From assembly GCF_016432865.1 (NCBI RefSeq), contig NC_067402.1, positions 248,992,001-249,029,807 of the forward strand: 37,807 nucleotides of DNA, read 5' to 3'. The position numbers and the translations under genes are program-made. The notes below the pieces were generated by a model. The model was not told the origin of the DNA. It did not search any database and was given only the letters and a program-made list of their open reading frames with translations. Shown here piece by piece: positions 12,291 through 24,248 of this stretch. Every line of letters starts with the position of its first letter. Position 1 is the stretch's first letter. The DNA comes from Antechinus flavipes. Lineage: Eukaryota.

Positions 12291-12739
12291 GTAATATACT
12301 TCTTATAACAAGAAAAGTTGTGTAATGTGGAAATATAAGCAAAAAGACCCTCCAATTTTCTTGTGTGGTTTATGGATAGCAAATTCATTAATTCATAGTC
12401 ACAGTGTTGTACCTTTACACAGCCCAGGTTAGTTATGTGTCTATCCATTTGTGGTTTGCACTCTCTTCTGTATTTTTTATAAAAAATGATCATCTCTTTC
12501 CCATTATATTTTAATCAATATGAAGAGGGATTAGGCTAAATACCATAGTCATTTTTCACTGAGCAATGAGTTATAGAATTAATTACTGTACACTAAGTAT
12601 ATAGTATTCAAAAATGCCATTCTGAGCTTTAAAGAAGAATGTTACTTGAAAAAAAGTAAAACATAGCCATATTGTCGTGAAGATGAAAAGAATAAAACAC
12701 AGTAATTGAGATAGTGAGATTTGGAGAGGAAAGATTTAA

Positions 12740-13010
12740 AACAGAGAGGCATTATGACTTGAAGTTGAAAAATCTGGATTGCATCTTAGTCTAGTTAGTC
12801 ACTGAGTGATATTGTTCAAGTCAAATGGGTAGATGAGATTATTTAAAAGGTCTACTCCAGCTTTAAAATTCATACTTCAATGACAGAGGTTTGGTACCTG
12901 GGTAAGAAGAAGGATATCCCTGACAAATACAAAAACAGGAAAGATTGGATTTTGTGAAGTTGGGTATAATTTCTGTCATGTTGAGTTAAGAATGTATCCA
13001 GGATATCACC
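12740..13010. mobile_element. MIR3-like fragment (+) followed by L2 fragment (-)
   Basis: MIR3 tail aaaggtctactccagctttaaaattc, then L2-like catgttgagttaag. Confidence 0.45.
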
Positions 13011-13049
13011 ATTAATATCATTATATAATTATTAGGTAATGTCTGTTAC

Positions 13050-13203
13050 ATAAATGAATCTGATGTGACCTCTGTTTGCCTCGATTTCCTCATTTATAAA
13101 ATGAACAGGAAAAGAAAATGGCAAACTATCCAGTATCTTTGCCAAGAAAACCCCAAATTGGGTCATAAAGAGTCAGACACAACTGAAATGACTGAACAAC
13201 AAC
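13050..13203 (+). mobile_element. MAR1-type SINE 3' half with RTE/BovB-like tail
   Basis: aaatggcaaactatccagtatctttgccaagaaaaccccaaa...gagtcagacacaactgaaatgactgaacaacaac. Confidence 0.85.
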
Positions 13204-14299
13204 TATATTTACACCTTGACAATCCTTATAAAAAAGGAAGAAGCTACTTCCTTGGCTACATGTTCTCAGGGATTTGTTTCTTTGGTCTATGCTTCAGTTC
13301 CCCCATGTAAAATGAAAATATTTGATGTAGATGATTTGTAAAGTCCCTTCTGATTCTAAGTAACACTAATGATTTGCCAGATACTTTTGCAATTTCTCTT
13401 TTGTACTGTGGAAACAAAATAAAAGAAAACAAAACAGATACTTTACAATTCATTTGTAACATAAAATTTCCATTCTAGCCTTTAGACTCTGCAGCTGGAA
13501 TTATTAACTTGTAGCCACTTAGCTGCCCCAATTGTTTTTCTTCTTAACCATAATAGTCTCCCCCCAACTTTGCATTTACTGCACTTCAGTATTTGTTATT
13601 ATATGTGGAGCTTATAAACACTGAGAAAATGGATTTAAAAATATAAAATTTCCATTTAAAAATATAAAATTTCCAGGAAAGCAATTAGTAATAATTGTTT
13701 CAGAAAGAAAGCATTGTCTTTCAAATAGAGTTTTGTGAAGACTAAGAAAGACTACAGGCTTTAGGGATTTGTCAGCATTGGACAGAAGAAGGGTGGAGAC
13801 AAAGGGGAACAGAATAGGAAAGAAGAAGACAGGATGGACTTGGGCTTATAAATATACAAAGCATAAGAAAATGGAATACTAGAGTGAAAAAGTACATTCC
13901 TTGACTAAAGCAATATATAAGAACTCTCCATAATGGGAAAAATAAATCTCTTTAATTTTGCCTTCAATCCAATCATTTTGACCTTTGAAAGGGAAGAATT
14001 TCCAAATAAAGATTTTTTTTTTTAATTTCTTACTTTCAATGTACTGTGATTTAAATGTGATTGCCACTCAGCAGAGAAAAATAGGACTGATATGAAATGA
14101 AAATTCATTAGAGCACAGATGATTCTGAAGTAATATCTTTCCCCTAATAATCTTTCACACTTCCTTGGATTAACTTTCTTTATGTAGGCTGCAACCATGG
14201 AATCAGTCACAACCACCAATTGAATATTTTGGATTTTATCATTGCAGCATTAGACATAGTCTATATTGTGATCTGATTTGATCATGTGAACCTAAAGTA

Positions 14300-14480
14300 C
14301 TTTGATAGATCTGTGATCTCCTTGATAAGGGCTGTTTCCCTGTAGTGTAAATCTCAACTTATGCATGCCTTGTCCTTCTGGGCAATTCTTGTTCAAATAT
14401 TCCCGTCAGCAGTCTACAAGGAGTTTAATATGTTTGCCAGGGGTCTTCATGTTGTAGAAATACCAATGGAGCATGTGCAC
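14300..14480 (-). mobile_element. RTE-clade LINE 3' end remnant
   Basis: Minus-strand translation gives MLHWY...TRIAQKDKA with stops and a frameshift, resembling the C-terminal end of an RTE ORF, followed by an atcacagatc-type tail. Confidence 0.5.
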
Positions 14481-14521
14481 TAACATTTTGCTCTTACTAT
14501 AAACATTGCTTCTGGAATCAA

Positions 14522-14760
14522 AAGTTGTGGTTGTTCATTTCAGTCATATCCTCCATGACCCTCCATGACCAGCAAAAATACTAGAATGGTGTTCCATTTC
14601 CTTCTCCAGCTCATTGATAAGGATAACTTATCAGATAAGGAAACCGAGGCAAACAAGGTTAAGTCACTTAACTTATCGAGAATCACAAGCCCTACTAAGT
14701 ATCTGAGGTCTTGAAATCAGACCTTCCAGACTTAGGCCCAACATTCCATCTACTGAATCA
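14522..14760 (-). mobile_element. MAR1-type SINE
   Basis: gttgttcatttcagtcat, ccatttccttctccagctcatt, aaggaaaccgaggcaaacaaggttaagtcactt. Confidence 0.8.
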
Positions 14761-14769
14761 GAGGATATA

Positions 14770-15075
14770 TATTTTAATCCCACTACTCATGCTTACTATA
14801 TGAACTTGAACAAATCACTTGACCTCTAAGGACCTTAATTATCTCATCTAGAATGTAAGAAGGTTGGACTAGGTCAATAAAGTTCTGGCCTTGAGCTCAG
14901 GAAAATCTGACCCTCAATCCAGCCTGTGACCCTTATTAACTTTGTCACAACTTCTATTTGCCTTAGTTTCCTCATCTGTAAAATGGGGATAATGATAGCA
15001 CATATCTCCCTAGATTATGGTAAAGAACAAATGACATAATATTTTTTTAAAGTTCTCAGCACATAGCAGATGTGC
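14770..15075 (+). mobile_element. Adjacent MIR3 and MIR fragments
   Basis: cttagtttcctcatctgtaaaatggggataatgatagca is a MIR core/tail match. Confidence 0.75.
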
Positions 15076-15864
15076 TCTTCCCATTCTTTTGAAGTTTTCC
15101 ATTCTGGTTCTAAATCAATGAATTCATTTTCCAGCTATACATATTCCTTATATTATTTCTTTTGCTTCTCCTGCACTTTTATTGCAAATATACTGCTACC
15201 TATTTCCATTTATTGTTAGGCCTCTCCAGTGATCATCAGATCTCATCAGACCATCAGAGCCATCAGGCTCTGTGGTATAGTTATGTTCAACCCCATTTTT
15301 TTGGCAGAGATACTGCAGTGGTTTGCCATTTCCTTCTTGCTTTTGGTCCAGTCCTCATAACCATTAGCTACACAAACTAATAAATAAATTTTGATAAAAT
15401 TTGAGTTTATATACTATGTCAGTATTAAAAATTTTGCATTTTTTTCTGCTTTTTTTTCAAAACTTATAAAATAGATAACCAAGGTTTTGGTTTGAAAGAT
15501 GGTATACTTATCTAGTTTTTACAAAAAGCTTGTAACACATCCTTGAATATCCTATAAGGCATTGTCTGTGGAGAAGAGCCCAGCTATCTCACCAACTAGC
15601 AACCCACTGTCAGTCCCAGGGCAGATAAGGAAGCCAACTTGAAGTAACAGGGTATCTCAAGGAAAAGATGAAACAGAGTGCACCAATCATGTCAAATTAC
15701 AACTATATCTTGACCACCATCTCCATAAAACCTCAATTAAAACAATCCCAAAGTTAGAACCCAAGAGCTATCTTACCAATGACAATGGCATAAAAGAAAA
15801 GACATTTGTTTGTTTTGTTGCTGCACCCTAAGGACCATTTTAGCTTTCCAGCTGACTTATTGGG

Positions 15865-16105
15865 ACAGTCTTGCCTGTGTCTTATCTTCCCCTTAGAAAG
15901 TGAACTCCCTGAAAGCAGAGATAAAGTTTTTCCCCCTTTAAAACCTCCAGAGTTTAGTACAATGATTTGCATATAATAAGCAGTTAATGAATGTTCATTC
16001 ACTTATTCATATAGTTAGACATCATCTAGTCCAGTACCCTCACTTTATAGACAAGGAAACTAGGAACCAGAGAAATCAAGCTACTCTTCCCAGGTCATTG
16101 GGGTT
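15865..16105. mobile_element. L2 3' end (+) followed by MIR (-)
   Basis: tagaaagtgaactccctgaaagcagaga...aatgaatgttcattca, then catcatctagtccagtaccctcactttatagacaaggaaac. Confidence 0.7.
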
Positions 16106-16486
16106 TTGATAGGTGCTTCCATCCACTATGATTCTCATATCTATACTCCTGCTAATGGAATTTGTCTAGCAACTGTTGTTGATTGTTATGAATGAGGTAC
16201 ATCCCTTCCCTACAATATTTTTTTTTCCTTAGAGATAGCTATAGCTATAGATTGAAAACAAATTGGAAACAGATCTAGTAGTTTGGAGGGAGAATATCCC
16301 TGGATTCAGGGTCCTAGGCCATCTTCACCATGGTCTGAGGAAGAAAATAGTTAAGGTAGAGTAGCAACATGTACTTTCTGTCTCTTCCTCAAGGTGCTCC
16401 TCAGCTTTTATTAAGCTGGCTTACCTACTCTGTATCTTCCTAAATGGTAAAAATGATTAGAAACCATATTATGATCCAAATACATA

Positions 16487-17205
16487 GATTCAATGAGTGT
16501 TGAACAACCACCGTGTGCTAAGAAGTTATATCATTGTCATGCAGGTATAAAAGATGTGAAAGGTATGGCCCCCATCCTTAAGAGGCTTTTAATCTCTTTA
16601 AGTAAAAAGTGATATCAGTTTTTATATATAAAGGTATAAAGAGGTGAAACAATTGTAGCAAAAAGATCTAGGGTTTAAAATTAAAAACCAATTTAGAGGT
16701 CATGAAGAAAAATCTTCATTTTTCAGACAAGGAAACCAAGGCCCAGAGATGTGACATAGCTTGTCCAGAAACATACAAATGTTTAAAGCAGGTTTTGGTT
16801 TTCTTGATTCCAAGAATCACATTCTTTCCTCAGTACCATGCTGTTGCCACCAAATGACTCACTATGACATCAAACTCAATAAGTATGTCTCTTAACTTGC
16901 TTCTGTTAAATTTCCTATTTCAATTAATATCATCACCATTTTCAGGTATTTTCACAATATATAAACATTTATAGAAAGTTTTTAATGTTGATAAAACATA
17001 TTGCATATATTATTTCATTGAATCCTCATAATAACTTCTAGATGTAGTTACTATTATTATCCTCATTTTACAGATTAGGAAGCTGAGTCAGGTAGAGGTT
17101 AAATGACTGGTTCTGAGGTTCCATAACTAAGAAGTGAATAATGAAGGATTATAATTCAAATCTCTCTGCCTCCAGGGCCAGTGCTGTATCTACTATAGTA
17201 GCTGA
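16487..17205 (-). mobile_element. L2 3' fragment and two MIR copies (about 16664-16843 and 16960-17205)
   Basis: gacaaggaaaccaaggcccagaga; ctattattatcctcattttacagattaggaagctgag. Confidence 0.75.
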
Positions 17206-18819
17206 CCAGCATCAAAATATATTTTGCTTATAGGACATTGTTCTTTTAAAGGATATTGATATCCTGAATGAAATGAATAAAATTCTAATCAGGGAATTTT
17301 GGACACCGTAAAACTGAGGCAGAACAAACATTTGAGTATATTGGACTTTCATGTCTGCACTTTGGGGAGTAAAAAAAAGTCTAATCCCACTGCCACATGA
17401 CAATTCTTTAAATTCTTAAAGAAAGCTATCATTGGAGCAGTGAGATGGCTTTGTAGATAAAAACTCCAATTTGGTGTTGAGAAATCTTAATTCAAAACTT
17501 GCCTCAAATACAAAATTCAGATAAAACTAATCATGAGAGTGACTCCGTGGCTATACATATCTGAGAATCTGGGAAAAGACTCATCTGGCCAAGAACAGAA
17601 ATAGCTTTCCTACTAAGCTCCTGAAACTTTGTCAGCTGCTGTCAGTCCACTGAGGGTTATTTGTTTTAGCTCTGAGATGGAAATATAAGGAGCTCATAAA
17701 TGAATCCTTGGAGAAAGAGGGATGGACCCAGTGAACATCCAAGGTTGACTAGCTTATAGGAAACTAATATGTACTCCTAGAACACAGTTATACAGTATAA
17801 ATAACAGAGTTAATAATGAGCAACAGTGATGACAAAATTCAAAGGAGCACCCTGCCAAGCCAGCAAGCTTCAATTTAAGAAAAGGAAGAAATAGGGGAAA
17901 AATTATAAAATAACTCAAGCATGGACAATAAAGAAAAAATATAACTGAAGTCAACTGGAATCTTCTTAAAAATCGAAATCATTATTCATGTCTTTTCCCC
18001 CCTGTTCTCAGCTTGTAAAATAGTGTATAGTGCACATTAAATGCTTGCTTGATTGACTGACAGATGGAACTTCATGAAAAACACAAGATGACATACTTAT
18101 TGGTAATATGGATCTAACTTAGACAAGACAAACATATATCCGTCTCTTGGCTTTTGAAAGGTACAAAATTAATTTTTGGGTCAGATTGACTACTATAAAG
18201 TCTGCATGTAGGTGAGCATAATCTTGATTTTTTTCCCCATCAAAATACTTAATATATCTTTGGAAAGAGCACTGAGAGATTTTTAAAAGTCTGACTCCTG
18301 ACACAAATGGAAGTGGATAATATGGAAATAACACTACACTTGAGTTAAGGAGACCTAAGTTAATGTCTTTTCTCTAATTAAATTATTCTATAATCTTGAG
18401 TAAGACACATTGCATTTCAAGATATCATTTTCTAAATCTGAAAAATCTTTTCTTAAAAATAGGATTCTTAACTCTTTTTATTTCAAAAATACTTAAGTAG
18501 TCTGTGGAAGCTGTTAACTCATAATAATGTTTTTTCCTTTGTTTTGTTCTCCCACCCCACCTCCCGCCTAAATGTCTGCTTGAATTTATTTGCTTGATGG
18601 TTAATAGTCCTGGCACAAAATAAAAATTAGTCAATATTAAGGGAACAGAAACACTGATTAAAAATCATAACAGCTTGATAGAAATTAGTGTTTACAAACA
18701 AAAACAAAATAAGTAATCTTAAATAATTTGCCAGCAAATAGAAAATGAATGTAATAGAATACTAAGAAGACTTTATACATTTACATTCATCACATGACCA
18801 TATTTTAGTCACCATCATA

Positions 18820-19000
18820 TCTTCTCTCCAGAGAGCATCCCATTCCATTTTCTAACAGGTCTAATGGTTTAAAATTCATTCCTTATTTTGAGTAGAAATC
18901 TGATTCTTTCTAACTTCTAGCCATCTTCCCTTGGCAATCCCAAAGAATTAATTCTAAACCTCTTTCATGGCAACCAAACAACCCTCTTCTAATTTCATAT
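18820..19000 (-). mobile_element. CR1/L3 LINE fragment, very degenerate
   Basis: agaaatctgattctttctaacttctagccat...ctaaacctctttcatggcaacc resembles reversed L3 ORF2. Confidence 0.35.
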
Positions 19001-19582
19001 AGAGTTTGTTCCTCCCTCTTCATGAAATGCCTTGGGTTAATAATCCTGGTATTATACAGATAGAAGCAAGAATATCTTTCTCAATGTAATTTACTCTGGA
19101 AAACTATAAAACAACAATTCTTAGAATGACAAAGCAGTTGCGGGCTGCAGTTCAATGGAAATCCCTTAAATAATGTCTCATTTTCATTCTGTTTGGCAGT
19201 TGCTTTTCTGATAAAATAGTATGTCCATTAAGGTTTGATAATGATACTGAGAACCTTCAGATTTAGAACCTTTGAACACCGTCAATCTGGGCTGACTATA
19301 TGTCTCACCTTTCAAGGTTAATGAGTTTCCAATCCATTATTCTGTCAAATCTCTAAGATACATCATTCTTCAATAATATTGGCCCAGTGTGATTTTTTTC
19401 ACCATAGGAGCTGCTTTCATAGTACCTTCCATAATCTAATTAATATAAAAGGGAGGTACATTAAAATATATATGCCTGCTTTATGAACCTTTGTCTACTC
19501 AGTACATTATCTATAATTTCACAAAAATACATACATTAAAAATTTTTTTAGAAGAAAAAGAAGCTTTTTTGAAATTTTTAAT

Positions 19583-19700
19583 CTAACTTCTGTCTTAGTT
19601 CCCTTCATCTGTAAAATGGGACTAATACCACTGACCTCACAATATTGTCATAAGGATAGTAATTTATAAATCTTAAAGGGTATATAAAGCAAGTTTTATT
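19583..19700 (+). mobile_element. MIR 3' half
   Basis: ttcatctgtaaaatgggactaataccactgacctcac. Confidence 0.7.
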
Positions 19701-21024
19701 AATATTGCAATTAATTATAAAATATTAGTTAATATCTAGTTAATATTTATTATTTAAACATTCTCATTTTTAAATTTTTTATTGATTTTGGATAGAAAAT
19801 GTCATGTGACAAATTACCAGCCTGTTATCATTCTATTATGTTTATTTTTTGGTAAATTATTGCACAGATGGATAAAATTGATTTTTACAACTTAATGTTA
19901 ATTTCAAGGTTCTTTGATACTGTAAATTTGTGTGGGTACTCCCTACTGAATAGTTGTAGTGACCAACAAAGCTCAACAGTTTGAAACTTGTGGTAATGAG
20001 CTTTTCCAAACTTAGCTAAAGTAGTCTTACAATGAAAGGAATTTCATTACATATCCTATTTTTTAAGCTTTTTCAACTTAATAGGATCTATCAGAACTTG
20101 CAGTCCACTGACATGGCCCTTTGAAAGGAAGGAAGGATTGGGAACCTGCTTAACCATTAGTTAATAAGAAATTGACGTGGGAAATAAAGCACAAGGCTCT
20201 GCTACATTAAAAAAAAACAAAACATATCTTTAGAATACATTTGTTTCATGTGTTCACATTAAAAATGTTACTTAACCTAAATTATTCTCCTGTTTTCATT
20301 CTTCAGTCCCATTTCAGTGATATTCCTTTTGAGGTCTGCCCCAGAACTGAGAACAGTGAGATTGCATGCCCCAAAGAAGCAAATTTTTTATTGTTCTTGT
20401 TGACTAGGCTACAGTTTGGCCAGGAAAAGTTCCCTTATCATATTTATTTGGGAGTGGGGAGGAAAAGAACATACATTTACCTTTTTTGTTCAGCCTTGCA
20501 TGACTGACATGTCAAAAGAAGATTCATTTATTATTTCTAAGGGTTTTGCTTTCAGACCCACATACTATCATAAAGCTCTGCATGCAATCAATTATTGCAG
20601 AATCTATTAATTAATATAAATGACTTACAGCATAATCCAACCCTTGCATCCCCATCAGTAACTGACTTTTGCTTAGTTTTTTTATTGCTTTTTTTCTTTA
20701 GGGTCAAAAACACTTTTTCTTCAATTACATAGAAAGTAGAAACATGCACAGCTAGTCTCTATCTCTGAAATCTTCCTGCCATAGCTGTCTTAGAGAAAAA
20801 AATGAGACTTCCCTCTTTATTTTGCATCTATGACAAATCTCCCTGCTAGTTGGCACTCTTCATTTTCCACATGCTAAAGGAAAGAAACAATTAAAATGTC
20901 TGATGTAAAAAACATAAATCCTAGTCAGGAACTATATATGTATGTATCAAATTGTAGGGGAAATCCATACGGTTTAAAAACTGTCTTGACATGACAAAGT
21001 TAAAGTGATTTCTGGCACTGAATA

Positions 21025-21118
21025 TCATACATATATACATATATATACATACATATATATGCATAAAAAGAGAGATAGTGATAGATAGAGATGGACAGAT
21101 AGAGAGAAAAGATTCAGA
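21025..21118. repeat. (TA/CA)n then (GA/GATA)n low-complexity tract
   Basis: Direct reading. Confidence 0.8.
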
Positions 21119-22699
21119 GATTCTTATACATGTGTTTATGAAGAAAAAAAGGGAAAAAGAAAGAGAATTTAAGCACCATAATTAAACTTATACACTCATA
21201 TTGAAATCATACATGATTCTTCATCATAAAACAACTTTCCCCAGCTTTAGTTTAAGGTGGTGAAATAATTTTATAGAAATGCACGCTATTTGCTTGAAAT
21301 TTAAAAAATTCAAAATATCCATACTCACAGAAAGCTCAGCTATCTTCTTTTTAGTCACATATTCTGTCATTTTATATTCAAATTATCTTGATATCAAAAG
21401 ATCTGCTGTTTTGTCTTTTTTCCATTAGAATGCTGAACTAACAATAGAAATGTTCAATGATGAAACCATGGTTACATTATAAGAAGTTCTTGCTGTATTA
21501 GTCAGAGAGTCATCTAATTTGTGTTATGTCCTTCATTTTGGGTATATGCCAATATCTGAAAGCAGTAGCATATAATCTGGTAGGGTGGGAGTTGATGATA
21601 AGGGAGAGGCTTTTAGAAGTTCTACAACAAATGCCAAGTAAAAACTAAGCTTTCCTTACCAAATGAACCAATTGAACACATTGATTTTTTTATAGTTTTT
21701 TACTAGATGAAAGTATTACTCTTTTTATTGTTGAAGCTAATACCAAAACAGCAAAGAAGAATATTTCTCACATAACTAAAATTGTCCTTTTCTAGAGCCA
21801 GAAGAAAACACCATTTCTTTTAAGACATCATCACCATATGTTGTCGAAACATAAAACGTATTTAGTTATTTTGTTCACACACACCATCTTCAAGTTTTTT
21901 GGCATTTATTATTTTTCTATAAATAACAGTTCTCATATTTTCTTCATAAATCCCTCTAACCCCAAAATTTAGGCTGAGAAAAAAAAATATTATCTATGTT
22001 AATTTGGTTACTCATAGCCATACATACTCAAAGGGCATATGAGTATATATATATTTCCAAATTATTTTCTTCCAGTTTATTTCTCCAATATAGCTAGATT
22101 TTGATTTTAATTGTTGGTTTCCAATTCAGCCATTAGGTAATTATGGAATTATTAGCTACTATTAAGTTTAGGTTCCATGAAGAAGGTAAACCATGTAAGG
22201 AAAATATTTTAACAATTAGCCTTCGGCGGCAAAATATTTTAACTTTAATCTGCATTACTGACACCTCCATCGATTTCTTAACTCTAGATATTCAGCAAAA
22301 TAGTACATTTGACCTTAATTTGATGATTTCTGAGATGTAAAGTGCGAAAAATGTAACTGTTCATTTATAAGCTAGTTTAAGCTTGCTTCAGGATATCTCT
22401 TGGAATTCCCTTTTACTAGTTTTTTATTTTGTCTTTCCCAAATTCAAGATGCATAGACAAAAGAGAAATAAAATATATTTTCTCTGACCTTTATTATCAT
22501 TATTCAGTTCACCCAGGAGAACTTCCCTATCCCTATTGTAACCTGTCTTTTGTCTTGTATAATTCAAAAATCCCTTTTCTTGCCTTAAGTTAATTCTTTC
22601 ACTTCACTTATTCTGAATTAGAGTACTTATGACTCTATTCTTATAGTACTATGATACTCTTTCATATCAATTCATATATTTTTACACCTGTCTAATGCT

Positions 22700-22920
22700 T
22701 TTTGATGCTTCTTTCTCTTTCTCGGTCTTTGACTTTGACTCTCTCTCTGCTTTTTTCCCTCTCTGTTTGTATATCTTTACTTCCTTGTCTCTCCTTTGCT
22801 TTGTTTCTCTGTTTCTTGCTGATATCTCTCTGTTCCTTTATCTCTGGAGTTTTGTTTATCTGCCTCTTTCTCTGTTTCCTTTTATGTCTTTCCATCTTTC
22901 TGTTTCCTTGAATCTCTCAG
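22700..22920. repeat. CT-rich low-complexity tract
   Basis: Degenerate tctctctg/tttctctt repeats. Confidence 0.85.
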
Positions 22921-23065
22921 TAACTTCAGCAAGTTCCCTACACATGGACAATATTTTAGACAGCTTTCCACTTTTTTTCCTTGTCAAAATTGTTTGTGTC
23001 AGAATTCCCCTTCATAATTTCATTCTTGAGAGATCCTCAATTCTCCTGAGCCAACTTTCCCCATA

Positions 23066-23665
23066 CATAACATTTGTGCTGTATACTCTTAGGACTTAAT
23101 TATAAAAGAGAGTAGTCAGAACTCCTTTTCAATCCATTCCAGCAGAATAAATTGTATGTAATCATGCTAGGTCTTACTTATTATCCAGGAAATGTAAATA
23201 TATCTGATTTAGCTTATTCAGTAGTATGGTACAAAGAATTGCCACAGCTCAAATAAAATTTGTAGCTTCCAATATTTATCAGCTCTTTAAGGAACTTCAA
23301 GAGCAAGTGAGAAAGCATCCAGGTAAGTTTTGTATCTTGCCTATCCATTCTCATAGTGGACTTCCAGGTCCTATTTTTTATGGAAACTTAAAGGCAGATC
23401 ATCTTCTAACCATGTTAGCCAATACTCCTTTATTTCAGGGAGCCCAAGAATTTCATTCTAACTATCATCAGGCTGCTTAAGCTTTACATTTGCAATTTGG
23501 AATAACAAAAGAGGAAACTCATGCTCTTAGTAGAGAGGGTTTACTTTTATCTCTACAGATGAAGAAGAAATCAGATGGATGCCGATGAGCTGTATTTGCC
23601 TTGAAACAAAGGAGAAGGCCCAAGAAACATCTAGTGGTTCCATCTTTGACAACATGTGCCACTGA
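23066..23665 (+). pseudogene. pol: ERV pol remnant: RNase H, integrase N-terminus and integrase C-terminus; integrase core deleted (class II/betaretrovirus-like)
   Basis: Frameshifted translation: RVVRTPFQS / QQNKLYVIMLGLTYYPGNVNISDLAYSV / MVQRIATA...HSHSGLPGPIFYGNLKADHLL (RNase H; compare the betaretroviral H.HT.LPGPL..GN..AD motif); AQEFHSNYHQAA*ALHLQFGITKEE (the two His of the integrase zinc-binding motif); RGFTFISTDEEEIRWMP (integrase C-terminus, 23534-23665). Confidence 0.9.
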
Positions 23666-23705
23666 AAGAGCCTAACAGTTAATCCTATGTGTAAGGCAAT
23701 TGACT

Positions 23706-23873
23706 CATGAACATAAAAAAATTGTTAATGAGAGTGATGCAGGACTTCAAAATCTGCAGGAATCATTGGATTCCCTGAAACATGAAGTTATGGACAATAG
23801 ATTGATTTTGGGCTATCTCTTGGCTGCTGAAGGAGGTGTATGTGTGATTGTTATTTATATACCCTTCTTCTAG
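23706..23873 (+). pseudogene. env: ERV env transmembrane-subunit remnant (heptad repeat plus immunosuppressive-domain motif)
   Basis: HEHKKIVNESDAGLQNLQESLDSLKHEVMDNRLILGYLLAAEGGVC...stop. MDNRLILGYLLAAEGGVC (23790-23843) matches the LQNR.ALD.L.A..GG.C consensus. Confidence 0.8.
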
Positions 23874-24067
23874 GACTTGTGGACATATATAATTCCTCAT
23901 GTAAATTCGTGTATATTACATCACTACTAGCCTGTGTTATATTACTATGTGCTTATGTAATACTTCCCATGTTGATGAATTTATGTATACCTGTTTCAAG
24001 TAAGACCCTTCAGCCCAGAGGAAACCTGCTAACAATATCTGGTTTGACTCCCCATTTCCCTTTGGCA

Positions 24068-24218
24068 TTCTCACCTCCTTTTTTGAGATGTCAGGGAGGG
24101 TGTGATCACTTACCTTTGGTTTTCTCACCTCCCTTCCTGAGAAGTCAGGGAGGGTATGATCATCTCCTTTTTGATGTTTTCACCTCCCTTCCTGAAAAGT
24201 CAGGGAGGGTGTGACCAC
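24068..24218 (+). repeat. Three ~54-bp tandem units, each self-complementary, in the ERV 3' untranslated region
   Basis: Units start at about 24068, 24122 and 24177: tcacctcccttcctga-Raag-tcagggagggtRtga. Confidence 0.9.
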
Positions 24219-24227
24219 CTGTGTTCT

Positions 24228-24248
24228 AAAACAAAAGAAAGCGGGAGA
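24228..24248 (+). other. Retroviral polypurine tract
   Basis: aaaacaaaagaaagcgggaga immediately before the LTR-initial TG. Confidence 0.8.

Noticed and set aside
22201-22243. 13-bp direct repeat AAAATATTTTAAC around a CpG-containing 17-bp spacer
   Set aside because: AT-rich and short; the spacer's CTTCGG has no supporting stem. A local duplication or chance explains it.
22692-23099. Hydrophobic ORFs resembling membrane proteins
   Set aside because: Translation of the CT-rich low-complexity tract.
23226-23480. 84-aa ORF as a functional or domesticated gene
   Set aside because: It is a slice of pol bounded by an upstream frameshift and an in-frame stop just after the integrase His residues.
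23840-24214. 124-aa ORF as a retroviral accessory gene
   Set aside because: Its internal repeats simply translate the 54-bp tandem units, and it has no recognisable motif. It would need conservation across family copies to be reconsidered.
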